A model generated the notes under the pieces. It saw only the letters and a list, made by a program, of their open reading frames with translations, was not told the DNA's origin and did not search any database. Positions 34,390 to 43,195 of a stretch of DNA of 50,756 nt are shown here, one piece after another. The translations under genes and the position numbers were made by a program. The DNA is taken from the NCBI GenBank assembly GCA_964385515.1, contig CAYLPD010000003.1, positions 1 to 50,756 of the forward strand. Reading direction: 5' to 3'. Source of the DNA: an uncultured Bdellovibrionales bacterium (GTDB lineage: Bacteria; Patescibacteriota; Minisyncoccia; Moranbacterales; UBA1568). How positions within the stretch are numbered: position 1 is the stretch's first letter; the number at the start of each line of letters is the position of its first letter.

Positions 34390-35565
34390 ATGCAAACGCG
34401 GCAAAAAGTTATCATTGTGATTATCGTGCTCCTCATCGGGGGTATCGTTTACATGTATTTTTTTGGCAACGCGGCACAGAAAGCTGGGAAGCAGATCGAT
34501 ATTAACAATGTGCCCAAAGTAGGGGTTGTCGATGACAGTCCAAAGAATCCCGAAAATGTCAGTCCCATTTCGGGATTGCCTTGTGCTGATTGGCAGCGAC
34601 GACCGGTTGCGGTTATGCAGCCAGCTGATGTAAGCGCTCGTCCAGCCGCTGGTTTTTCGGAGGCGGATATGGTTTTTGAACTGCCGGTCTTTACGGGTTC
34701 AAACACCCGACTCATGGGGGTCTACCTCTGTACTATTCCACTCGACATCGGTTCGATGCGGAGCGCTCGCCATGATTATATCCCCCTTGCAAAGGGCCTT
34801 GATGCCGTATTTATCCATTGGGGCTACTCGAAATTCGCCGAGACCTTACTTGAACGTAAACTCATTGACAACATCGACTGTCTGACCACCTCGTTTTGTC
34901 CGCGGTGGTTACAAACAGGCAAGATGAAGCTAGAGGATACTGGACACATCACAAAAGACAGTATCGCTCAGGCGTTTGCGAAGTATGGCTATCGGACAAC
35001 AGGCACATTCTCCGGTTATCCTCACCAAGATGAGAAGCCGCTCGAGCAGCGCCCTGAGGGAGGACATCTGCGGCTGGCTTTCCCAAATCCCTATGATGTT
35101 TCCTATGACTATGACAAGGCGACAAATTCGTATCTTCGCACATGGGATCAATCTCCCGATACTGACAAGAACAATGGTAAGCGGATTGCTCCAAAGAATG
35201 TGGTGGTCATGTTTGCTCAATCAGAACAGATCAAACTCGCTACCGACTATCAAGCCCGTGGTGTTCAGAATCCTTGGGAGCTTGTTCCCGAAGAAGAGCG
35301 GGCCGGTCTTGATTATGGCGGAGTGGGGCGTTACAACAATCTCGAGATGGGGGATCCGTGGTTTGACACCAAGGATTCGGGTGACGCATACTTTTACTTC
35401 AATGGTCAGCAGTATCATGGTTCGTGGAAGAAGGACAAGAGCAAACTTGAGAGTAAACTCACGTTCTTCGATGAGACTGGGAATGAAGTGCGATTTGTTC
35501 CTGGCCAAATCTGGGTTGACGTCCTTGAACCCGGACAGAGTCTGAAGTGGGAACCTGAGGCGTGA
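34390..35565 (+). CDS. DUF3048-domain secreted/membrane-anchored protein
   Basis: It has an N-terminal TM anchor. 'RRPVAVMQPADVSARPAAGFSEADMVFELPVFTGSNTRLMGVY' matches the DUF3048 (YerB-like) signature. Confidence 0.75.
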   Translation: MQTRQKVIIVIIVLLIGGIVYMYFFGNAAQKAGKQIDINNVPKVGVVDDSPKNPENVSPISGLPCADWQRRPVAVMQPADVSARPAAGFSEADMVFELPVFTGSNTRLMGVYLCTIPLDIGSMRSARHDYIPLAKGLDAVFIHWGYSKFAETLLERKLIDNIDCLTTSFCPRWLQTGKMKLEDTGHITKDSIAQAFAKYGYRTTGTFSGYPHQDEKPLEQRPEGGHLRLAFPNPYDVSYDYDKATNSYLRTWDQSPDTDKNNGKRIAPKNVVVMFAQSEQIKLATDYQARGVQNPWELVPEEERAGLDYGGVGRYNNLEMGDPWFDTKDSGDAYFYFNGQQYHGSWKKDKSKLESKLTFFDETGNEVRFVPGQIWVDVLEPGQSLKWEPEA

Positions 35566-35592
35566 TTTCTTCAATCGTGAATCTCCGTTTGC

Positions 35593-35617
35593 ACCCCGCT
35601 GGCCTTGGCGGGGTTTT
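35593..35617 (+). terminator. Rho-independent terminator (short U-run)
   Basis: ACCCCGC-tggccttg-GCGGGGT followed by TTT. Confidence 0.5.
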
Positions 35618-35631
35618 GGTATACTGTGTCT

Positions 35632-36591
35632 ATGCTTATCTTTTTGTCTGGTACCGACCATTTCCGTCTTCGTCTGCGTGAGCACGCTCTCGTAGAAGAT
35701 TTTCGGCAGAAATATCCCAGGAGTGAGAGGCGAGTTTTCGATGGTCGTGATACGACCGAGCAACTGATTTCGACACTCCAGGAAGAACTCTCGGGAAATC
35801 TCTTTACCACTTCTCGAGTGATATTGGTCCGACATGCCGAACTTTTCGATGAACGTTTGTGCGAAGCCGTGCGCGTGCAGTTGGATCAAACGTTGCCAGA
35901 CGATGTTCTGGTGCTCGTAAGTGCGGAATCAATCGGTCGAGCAAAGAAAGGCAATGCGCTGGAGACTTGGCTGTCACAACGAGCGTCAGCGGAAAATATC
36001 GATATCCTCAGTGGTCGTGCCCTCTGCCAATCCATTGTAGACATTCTTCGCGGTATTGATTCGGAGATACACATCGAGCCACATGCCGTTGAAGCACTCG
36101 CATTTCGGACAGGTGGCATGACAGGGTATATCTATCATGATCTCTTGAAACTTATCCTCGCTACCGATAAAAAAATCATCACGGGTGACGATGTGAAAAA
36201 TCTCATTGAAGAACCGGCTAGTGAGAGCGTCGCATTTATCCTTCTTGATGCGATCGTCAGAGGGAACCGGGAGCGAGCAGTATCACTCCTCCGCCAAGAG
36301 GAAACGAACGAGGATGCAGTTTTTAAGCTTCTCGGCCTCTTCGCTTGGCAGATCCGTCAGGCGATTATGGTGCGCGACGAGTATGATCGGGGGAATATTT
36401 CCCCAGAGGGTATCGCTGCTTCGATTGGTGCCAAACCCTTTTCAGTGAAGAAACTCATGCCGCTTATCTCCAGACTCTCACTTGCACGGCTCAAACAATC
36501 ACTCGTCTACCTTTCTGATCTCGACCGGGAAATAAAAACCGGCCAGATCCGTCCGGGTGTTGCCCTCGATCTCTTCGTCTGGAAATTCTAG
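35632..36591 (+). CDS. holA: DNA polymerase III delta subunit
   Basis: 319 aa from the ATG at 35632 (MLIFLSGTDHF...), with HolA-like length and N-terminal pattern. The track ORF begins at a TTG at 35605. A TGgTATACT -10 element ends 6 nt before the ATG. Confidence 0.7.
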   Translation: MLIFLSGTDHFRLRLREHALVEDFRQKYPRSERRVFDGRDTTEQLISTLQEELSGNLFTTSRVILVRHAELFDERLCEAVRVQLDQTLPDDVLVLVSAESIGRAKKGNALETWLSQRASAENIDILSGRALCQSIVDILRGIDSEIHIEPHAVEALAFRTGGMTGYIYHDLLKLILATDKKIITGDDVKNLIEEPASESVAFILLDAIVRGNRERAVSLLRQEETNEDAVFKLLGLFAWQIRQAIMVRDEYDRGNISPEGIAASIGAKPFSVKKLMPLISRLSLARLKQSLVYLSDLDREIKTGQIRPGVALDLFVWKF

Positions 36592-36600
36592 GGAAAAAAG

Positions 36601-36636
36601 AGTGCCGAAGGGGTCGATACCGTTCGGCACTTTTTT
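36601..36636 (+). terminator. Rho-independent terminator
   Basis: AGTGCCGAA-13 nt-TTCGGCACT followed by TTTTT. Confidence 0.8.
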
Positions 36637-36867
36637 GACTCATCCGGACCCCCCCCTGGGCTTACATAAATAGCCTGATTGCAAGTGGTCAGAGTCCAAG
36701 TGCTGCAGTGCTAAGTAATGCGTGGATAATCGATCCTAGGAGTAAGCACTGTACTTTCTTGGATTGATATTGGCCCAGCATTAGGAGTGAAAAAAAGTAT
36801 GACAAATAACCGGATGAGTATCCACTTATCAAGGTGCAGAGAATAGTTGAACATAGTTTTCACTCCA

Positions 36868-37239
36868 TCAATCTAACAATGAGCAGAGGACATGAGTATA
36901 GATGATCCAGGACAATGTGCTCATCATGAGGGTTGTCGCTCCGCATGTAGAAACAACAAACAGGGTCCAGAATATACGATTCAATACTCGATCCGTGGTA
37001 ATTACTTCGAAGAGCCTCTTCAGAGAGGTCAGAATCCAACTAAACCAACGTTGCAAGACCCCCACTCTAGGCTGAAAGCCAGGTAGCGTGAGCTGTTGGG
37101 GGTGAGGAGCGTCAGATCCCATCCAAGTAACCATGATATAGCCCGAAACCAGGGAGTTGAGTACACTGCTGCAATACGTTAGAGCAGTCACTGGGGCCAA
37201 GAACGTTTCAACAGCTTTGAATTCGATGTAACTGCACAT
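36868..37239 (-). CDS. Hypothetical small membrane protein (weak call)
   Basis: 123-aa ORF with two hydrophobic segments and no recognisable domain. It is divergent from TrmB paralog 3. Confidence 0.3.
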   Translation of the reverse strand: MCSYIEFKAVETFLAPVTALTYCSSVLNSLVSGYIMVTWMGSDAPHPQQLTLPGFQPRVGVLQRWFSWILTSLKRLFEVITTDRVLNRIFWTLFVVSTCGATTLMMSTLSWIIYTHVLCSLLD

Positions 37240-37368
37240 GTCATTCCTCGCTTTCTTGCGTGAATTGTCAAAGAGCCTTCGGAGAGTACGATCTTATCCG
37301 AAGAGAGGAGTGTAGCAATCCGTCATATAAATGTCGATTTATCCGACTATTTATGTTATCCTAGCTTC

Positions 37369-38136
37369 ATGAAAAGGAAAATCAGCCAGTTGAAGATACT
37401 CGGACTATCCCCAAGCGAAGTTCGGATTTATTCCGTTCTGGATGGAGTGCCACGCATTATTGCCGAAATTGAAAAGCGGGCAGGGATTCCGCATGCTACC
37501 ACTCATGATGTCCTGAGGAGATTTGTTGTGAGAGGGCTCGCAAGTACGGTGTCACTCGGAGGGAAACGATGTGGCTATATGCGTCAGGCTATTGGGGGAG
37601 TCATGAAACGTCAGTCAGAAAGTAACAGGTCATCAGGGGAGGTGCAGGTACTTGAGGGGAAGGAGGCTTTACTCGGTCTTATTGATACACTGTTGGCCGA
37701 GCGACGAGGTGAGCGGATGCTGTCTTTTCATGGAACCTCGGTGCTTCCAGGGTGGCTCGCCATACTTTCGAAAGCAGAGATCAAAAAACGTAATGAGCTT
37801 ATCGTAGCCAGTGGCATCATCGTCGAGCGGTTTGTGCCGGTGCATGGTTACCACAAGCTTTTTACAGCACTCCCTACTGACTGGCAACAGACTATGCTTG
37901 GTCGCGCCCATATCACCTATTTCTTGCCGGATGAGCTCTTCACATCAAAAACAGAAATTATACTTTTTACTGACAGAGCGCTCATCTATGAAACGGACCA
38001 GTTACGTATGACAATTTTTTCCCACAGAGAAACGGTTAAGCTTTTTTCGGCTTGGTTTCAAATGTTGCGCATGCTTGGAAAAAAGATCGATTCAGAACGG
38101 GAATTTTTGCGATATATTGACGAAGGTAAGGCGTGA
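37369..38136 (+). CDS. TrmB-like transcriptional regulator (paralog 3, divergent)
   Basis: N-terminal 'LGLSPSEVRIYSVLDGVPRIIAEIEKRAGIPHATTHDVLRRFVVRGL' wHTH, with length and layout like the other two paralogs. Confidence 0.6.
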   Translation: MKRKISQLKILGLSPSEVRIYSVLDGVPRIIAEIEKRAGIPHATTHDVLRRFVVRGLASTVSLGGKRCGYMRQAIGGVMKRQSESNRSSGEVQVLEGKEALLGLIDTLLAERRGERMLSFHGTSVLPGWLAILSKAEIKKRNELIVASGIIVERFVPVHGYHKLFTALPTDWQQTMLGRAHITYFLPDELFTSKTEIILFTDRALIYETDQLRMTIFSHRETVKLFSAWFQMLRMLGKKIDSEREFLRYIDEGKA

Positions 38137-38145
38137 TAAAACAAA

Positions 38146-38168
38146 AAACTCCCCGGTCAGAGGAGTTT
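38146..38168. terminator. Bidirectional terminator between convergent genes
   Basis: AAACTCC-9 nt-GGAGTTT, flanked by an A-run on one side and TTTCT on the other. Confidence 0.6.
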
Positions 38169-38189
38169 CTGTGTTGCTTCGACTTCGCG

Positions 38190-38459
38190 TTACTTTGTGG
38201 CGAGCTTCTTCACGGCAGCGTTCAGGCGGGATTTGCGCCGGGCGGCGTTGTTTTTCTTGATGACATTCTTTTCAGCGGCTTTATCGAGTGCTTTCTGGGC
38301 CTTTTGAAACCATTCCTTGGCACCAGCAACGTCGGCCTTGGCGATCGCCTCACGTGTTCCTTTTACAGCGCTCTTGACAACGCCTTTGATGGAGCGGTTA
38401 CGGAGGGTGTTCTTCGCGGTGACACGCATGTACTTCTTGGCAGAATCCTTGATCGGCAT
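38190..38459 (-). CDS. rpsT: 30S ribosomal protein S20
   Basis: 89-aa basic protein. 'MPIKDSAKKYMRVTAKNTLRNRSIK...' is S20-like. Confidence 0.9.
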   Translation of the reverse strand: MPIKDSAKKYMRVTAKNTLRNRSIKGVVKSAVKGTREAIAKADVAGAKEWFQKAQKALDKAAEKNVIKKNNAARRKSRLNAAVKKLATK

Positions 38460-38608
38460 ATTGTACGATTCAAAAGTTAAACTTCAAAAATCAAAGTAGG
38501 AACATCTGAAAAAGGGCAGAACGGAGAAATCAGAGACGTCTCCATTTTTAGCACAGGTTACCGCTTTAGGCAAGCCATTTCCCTCCATGGTAAAATACGG
38601 CCATCTCT

Positions 38609-39181
38609 ATGATCCGAACACTCAAAGGAGCCCTAGACTCTATCCATCCCAACTTTGCAGTCGTCTTGGTCGGTGGTATTGGCTACCAGGTCTATGCTTC
38701 ACCGTATACGCTTGGCAAGTTGGCCGGAATGAGCGACGTCTCGCTGCATATTCATACCCATGTGCGGGAGGATCAATTCAATCTCTTTGGTTTCCTCACT
38801 GAGGATGAATTGTCAATGTTTGAACTCCTTATTTCCGTCTCAGGCGTTGGACCGAAGGCGGCGCTTGGTATCTTGGCCATTGCGGAACCCAAGACAATTC
38901 GGACAGCAATTGTGAACAAGGACCCATCCATCCTCACTCGGGTTTCTGGTGTGGGGAAAAAGACAGCAGAGAAAGTTATCGTCGAGCTTCAGAACAAGGT
39001 CTCTGCTGTGGATGTGACGGATCAGGCGGGAGCTTTGGCTGAACAAGAATCCATTGAGGCTTTGACGGCGCTCGGCTATTCTGTTTCGGAAGCGCGCGAT
39101 GCACTGAAAAGTGTCCCGATGGATATCACCAGTGTGGGTGAGCGGCTGAAGCTTGCGCTCAGGAGTCTCGGCAAGAAATAA
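38609..39181 (+). CDS. ruvA: Holliday junction DNA helicase subunit RuvA
   Basis: 'MIRTLKG.L......VVLVGGIGYQV', HhH motifs 'SVSGVGPKAAL' and 'VSGVGKKTAEKV', and a C-terminal domain III. Confidence 0.9.
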   Translation: MIRTLKGALDSIHPNFAVVLVGGIGYQVYASPYTLGKLAGMSDVSLHIHTHVREDQFNLFGFLTEDELSMFELLISVSGVGPKAALGILAIAEPKTIRTAIVNKDPSILTRVSGVGKKTAEKVIVELQNKVSAVDVTDQAGALAEQESIEALTALGYSVSEARDALKSVPMDITSVGERLKLALRSLGKK

Positions 39182-39186
39182 TATCT

Positions 39187-40197
39187 GTGACCTCACGATC
39201 ATTTCTGACAACTCATGCACCGGACGGCGGACTCCTCCAGTCGGATGAGTGGGCGGCGCTTCAGACTGCATCCGAACGTACAGCCTTCGCTTTTCGAGGG
39301 GAGGGTTTTGAGGGATCGGCCTTTCAGCACACGCTTCCATTTTTTGGTAATTATCTTTTCATTCCTCGCGGACCGGTTATTGATCCCGATGTATTCAATA
39401 ATGAGGCGTTGAAAAAAGAATTCGTTCGCGTTGCGAATTCAACCGGATCACACTGGCTTCGAGTTGAACCTCAAACTGAAGAATGTTTGAAACAATTACG
39501 ACAGGCATTTGGTGAAGCGAACGTTGCTCTTGCGTCGCACGACATCAACCCCCGAGAGACACTGGTGGTTTCTCTCACGGGAGATATGAGCGATTGGCTT
39601 GGGAGGATGAAATCGAAGACGCGCTACAATGTCCGACTCGCCGAGAAGCACGGGGTAACAATCCGGTTTTCGCGTGCCTCAGGAGATCTGGAAACATTCA
39701 TTGATCTCATCTATGCCACGACGAATCGGAAAGCGATCATACCCCACCCCAAATTCTATTATCGAAACTTTCTCTCACATCTACCTGAGGAGATGTGCAC
39801 CGTTGCAATGGCTGAGTATAACGGTGTATCAGTCGCGGCTGCCCTCCTCGTGTTCTTTGGGGATACAACGTACTACCTTCATGGCGGATCCAGTGATCAC
39901 CATCGTGAACTGATGGCGCCATTTCTCCTGCACTTCCAATGTATGGGAGAGGCGAAACGTCGCGGCGCATGGCGCTATGATTTCGGCGGGGTTCGGGTAC
40001 GTACCAAAAATGGTGTGGGCGATACTGGCTGGGACGGCATCACTCGCTTTAAACAGGGTTTTGATCCGAAAGCCGAAACGCTCATTTTTCCAGGGACCTA
40101 TGATATTGTTCTCTCGCCCGTTCATTACTCACTCTATCGTCAGTCGCATCGCCTGGCAGGTCCTTGGAGATACTTGCATCGATTTTTAAATCACTGA
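39187..40197 (+). CDS. FemAB-family peptidoglycan interpeptide-bridge aminoacyltransferase
   Basis: 336 aa. 'KSKTRYNVRLAEKHGV', 'YYLHGGSS' and 'RFKQGF' are FemX/FemAB hallmarks. It has a GTG start. Confidence 0.8.
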   Translation: MTSRSFLTTHAPDGGLLQSDEWAALQTASERTAFAFRGEGFEGSAFQHTLPFFGNYLFIPRGPVIDPDVFNNEALKKEFVRVANSTGSHWLRVEPQTEECLKQLRQAFGEANVALASHDINPRETLVVSLTGDMSDWLGRMKSKTRYNVRLAEKHGVTIRFSRASGDLETFIDLIYATTNRKAIIPHPKFYYRNFLSHLPEEMCTVAMAEYNGVSVAAALLVFFGDTTYYLHGGSSDHHRELMAPFLLHFQCMGEAKRRGAWRYDFGGVRVRTKNGVGDTGWDGITRFKQGFDPKAETLIFPGTYDIVLSPVHYSLYRQSHRLAGPWRYLHRFLNH

Positions 40198-40207
40198 CAT
40201 TTACACC

Positions 40208-41374
40208 ATGCGCACTTTCCTCAAGAAATTTCAGCTCGCTGGAAAACGTCAGATTTATCGCGTTTCTGTTTCGCATACGATTCGTGGGATTGCGCTTTCT
40301 TGTGTGAGTGTCTATGTCCCGATTTACTTTCTCAGCCGAGGCTTTTCACTCACTGAGGTTATTGGATACTATGCCCTGTTACATCTGTCGGGTGTATTGA
40401 TGGCGCTAGCAGTTATCCCTCGACTGATTGAACGATTCGGTCTGATTCGAGTATTCAAGCTCAACTACCCGTTTGAAATCACATACTTTGTCCTTTTGTT
40501 TCTTCTCCCTTATTTTCCAATTCCCATTTATAGCATCGCTTTTATCGGCGGTGTGGCGACGTTCTTCTATTGGGTGCCACTCAATATCCTCCTGATTAAG
40601 AATGCCGACTTCGATAAGATGGGGACCGATCTCGCTCATTTCTTTGCACTCCCAAAGTTTTTCTCGATTGTCGGCCCGCTTGTTGGTGCCGCGCTCGTTT
40701 TCTTTGTTGGTTTTTGGCCTACGTTCTTGATTGCCATGCTCGGACTGGTACTTTCATATTTACCACTCGTCGGCATCAGTGTGAGTGAGACTTCTGCGTC
40801 ATTCAATTTTAGTCAGGCTTGGCAGAAAATCAAAGCGCGAAAACTCCTCTTTTTGCTCGAGGGATTTGATAATATCATTGAGGAGTCAGAGTGGTTTTGG
40901 GGTATTTATGTCTTTCTTGTCGTTGGCGTGATCACTGTCCCGGGCATCATTGGGAGCCTGGAAACGATCGGGGCTGTACTCTTTACGCTGCTTATTGGTA
41001 AGCGAGCGAATCGTTCAGACCGAAAAATCGTTCTTTGGTCGGCACTCGGTCTCATGCTCATTTCAGCGACGCGGATATTTGTAGAGAGCCAGACAACAGC
41101 TTTTGTTGTGAGTGTTGTTGCGTCATTCGCGATGACTGCTTTTCTAGTTTCTTATTTCAGTGTCATCTATCGTGCCGTGAAGGGCGATGAAGAGGAGGAG
41201 TTTATTATTCTACGCGAGATCCCGACGGTTCTAGGCAGGATGGTAGTATTCGGGAGTATCCTCCTCACCATCGCTTATCCAAAATATTTTTTCCTCCTAC
41301 CCCTCTTGGCGACGTTTGTGCTGGCAATCATTTTTCTGACAAAAATGCGAACCACTAGCAATATGACGGTGTAA
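40208..41374 (+). CDS. MFS-type transporter (putative)
   Basis: 388-aa ORF with about 11-12 TM helices. The family call rests on topology and length only. Confidence 0.5.
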   Translation: MRTFLKKFQLAGKRQIYRVSVSHTIRGIALSCVSVYVPIYFLSRGFSLTEVIGYYALLHLSGVLMALAVIPRLIERFGLIRVFKLNYPFEITYFVLLFLLPYFPIPIYSIAFIGGVATFFYWVPLNILLIKNADFDKMGTDLAHFFALPKFFSIVGPLVGAALVFFVGFWPTFLIAMLGLVLSYLPLVGISVSETSASFNFSQAWQKIKARKLLFLLEGFDNIIEESEWFWGIYVFLVVGVITVPGIIGSLETIGAVLFTLLIGKRANRSDRKIVLWSALGLMLISATRIFVESQTTAFVVSVVASFAMTAFLVSYFSVIYRAVKGDEEEEFIILREIPTVLGRMVVFGSILLTIAYPKYFFLLPLLATFVLAIIFLTKMRTTSNMTV

Positions 41375-41378
41375 TAGT

Positions 41379-42650
41379 ATGTCCTCTTTCAAACGTTTTT
41401 TCTCGCGGCTTGTTCCTCAGGTGGTCAAAAACTATGGCTACCATCTGCCGCTAGCGGTGTTTGCAAACCTTGCTTTTGGCTTCCCATCGCGCCGTATGAC
41501 GGTGATCGGCGTGACTGGAACGAATGGCAAGACCACAACAACCAAGCTCATCGCGACGATGCTTTCCACGAGTGGAAAGAAGACGGCATATGCATCAACG
41601 ATTGAATACGGTATTGGCGAAAAACGTTGGACAAATGCCTCAAAGTTTACGACTTCATCAGCTTGGCAACTCCAGAAATTTTTATCGGAGGCGAAAAAGG
41701 CTGATTGTACGCACGTAGTACTCGAGACATCGTCGCATGCGCTCGACCAGTTTCGGACGTGGGGTATCCTGTATAGGATCGCCGTTATCACCAATGTGAC
41801 GCGCGAGCATCTCGACTATCATGAGACGATGGATGCGTATCGAACGGCCAAACGGAAGCTGTTCCATGGCGTACAAGCGGCCATTGTGAATGCGGATATG
41901 GAAAGACCGGAAGAATACTTTATTGCAAAGCCGGGTGAGACGATCACCTACAGCACCAAAGATATGCAGGCACATGTGTCAGCCAGTGAAATTGAACTCG
42001 ATTTGAACGGTTCGCGATTCCTTGCACTTGGGACTTCATTTCGAATAAAGCTTCCGGGTCTCTTCAATATTGAAAACGCGCTTGCTGCTCTTGCTGTAGG
42101 AGAGTGGTTGGGTATTGATACAGAAACGATGAAACAAAGTCTCGCGAATATTTCCGGTGTGCCGGGACGGATGGAACTCGTTTCCAATGAACGCGCACTC
42201 GACATCGTCATTGATTATGCCGTGACGCCAGATTCATTTGAGAAGCTGTATCAGACCGTGAAACCGATGCAGATCCCAGGAACGAAAATCATCCATGTCT
42301 TTGGCGCATGTGGGGAGCGTGATCGGGGCAAGCGGCCGATTCTGGGGAAAATTTCCTCTGACAATGCAGACGTTATTCTCCTGACAAACGAAGATCCATA
42401 CCATGAGGATCCGGAACGAATCATTGATGAGATCGAAACCGGTGTGACAAAAAAGAAAGGTGAAAGTTATTTCCGAATATTTGATCGGCGTGAAGCGATC
42501 AAAAAAGCCATCGAAATTGCTGAACCGGGCGATATCGTTCTCGTCACTGGTAAGGGCGCCGAAGAAACGATGGCGATTGGTGAACAACGGATTCCGTGGA
42601 AAGAGCGGCAGGTTATCGAAAGTGTTCTCCAGGAGTTGAAGAAAGAATAA
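41379..42650 (+). CDS. murE: Mur ligase, MurE-like (short N-terminus)
   Basis: 'VIGVTGTNGKTTT', 'LETSSHALDQFR', 'NVTREHLDYH', 'IDYAVTPDS' and 'FGACGERDRGKRP' match MurE. Only about 40 aa precede the P-loop. The position of the DNPR specificity motif reads 'NEDPYHEDP'. Confidence 0.8.
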   Translation: MSSFKRFFSRLVPQVVKNYGYHLPLAVFANLAFGFPSRRMTVIGVTGTNGKTTTTKLIATMLSTSGKKTAYASTIEYGIGEKRWTNASKFTTSSAWQLQKFLSEAKKADCTHVVLETSSHALDQFRTWGILYRIAVITNVTREHLDYHETMDAYRTAKRKLFHGVQAAIVNADMERPEEYFIAKPGETITYSTKDMQAHVSASEIELDLNGSRFLALGTSFRIKLPGLFNIENALAALAVGEWLGIDTETMKQSLANISGVPGRMELVSNERALDIVIDYAVTPDSFEKLYQTVKPMQIPGTKIIHVFGACGERDRGKRPILGKISSDNADVILLTNEDPYHEDPERIIDEIETGVTKKKGESYFRIFDRREAIKKAIEIAEPGDIVLVTGKGAEETMAIGEQRIPWKERQVIESVLQELKKE

Positions 42651-42689
42651 GTCGTTTACCTCTCAGTCAAGCAAAATGCTCGAAGAGCG

Positions 42690-43133
42690 CTAGCCGAGAA
42701 TGCGGATAAGGATGGTTGAGAGAAAGAAACCGATGAAACCGCCGACGAGGACTTCGCTGGTGCGATGCCCAACGCGTTCCTTCAAGCGTGGAAAATCCCC
42801 AATGGGGAGCTTCAATGTCTGGACGAGGGTGTTCAGATAACGCCCTTGATCACCTAGGTACATGCGGAGGCGAACGGCGTCGTCAATGATGAGGAAGGCA
42901 ATTGCCACCGCAACAGCGAATGCTCCCGAACCAATGCCCTCGTAGTAGCCGATAGAGGTGAGGAGTGAGATAGCGAAAGCGCTGTGAGCACTTGGCATAT
43001 GGCCGTGGGTGGCGATATATTCCAGCTTCCAGCCATGTTTCATTCCGAACATGATAAATTTGAGGCATTGGGTGAAAATGCTTACCACGATTGGGATGAT
43101 GAAGATAGCGTGGGCCTGGAGAAATGCGTGCAT
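42690..43133 (-). CDS. Divergent PAP2 (DUF212/YuiD-like) membrane phosphatase-like protein
   Basis: 147 aa with a 'GHMPSAHSA' motif and 4 TM helices. Confidence 0.7.
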   Translation of the reverse strand: MHAFLQAHAIFIIPIVVSIFTQCLKFIMFGMKHGWKLEYIATHGHMPSAHSAFAISLLTSIGYYEGIGSGAFAVAVAIAFLIIDDAVRLRMYLGDQGRYLNTLVQTLKLPIGDFPRLKERVGHRTSEVLVGGFIGFFLSTILIRILG

Positions 43134-43195
43134 AGAAATCTCTCATAGTATAGCACTCTGGGGAGAACGGTGGGGACTCAGGTCTTTGCATTAGG

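Noticed and set aside
33499-34404. A 301-aa ORF on the minus strand covering the whole mutM locus.
   Set aside because: The plus-strand product has the unmistakable Fpg N-terminus (MPELPEV) and a C-terminal zinc finger. The antisense translation is Arg/Ser/His-rich with no motif, so it is a shadow ORF.
34694-34709. A tRNA T-arm-like sequence, CGGGTTCAAACACCCG.
   Set aside because: It lies inside the well-supported DUF3048 CDS. No acceptor, D or anticodon arms can be built around it. I found no convincing tRNA anywhere in the window.
35221-35889. A 222-aa minus-strand ORF spanning the DUF3048/holA junction.
   Set aside because: It crosses a plus-strand terminator and two well-supported plus-strand genes, and has no recognisable domain.
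17277-39181. Dispersal of ruvC (17277), ruvB (23338) and ruvA (38609) as something unusual.
   Set aside because: Unlinked ruv genes occur in many bacteria. Placement of ruvC at the head of the ATP-grasp operon is most simply coincidental co-transcription.
41379-42650. The short Mur ligase considered as the missing 'M domain' partner of the stand-alone CphA-like ATP-grasp gene.
   Set aside because: Its motifs (ETSSHAL, FGACGERDRGKRP, DYAVTPDS) are MurE-type rather than CphA-M-type. It lies 30 kb away, in a cell-wall gene block.
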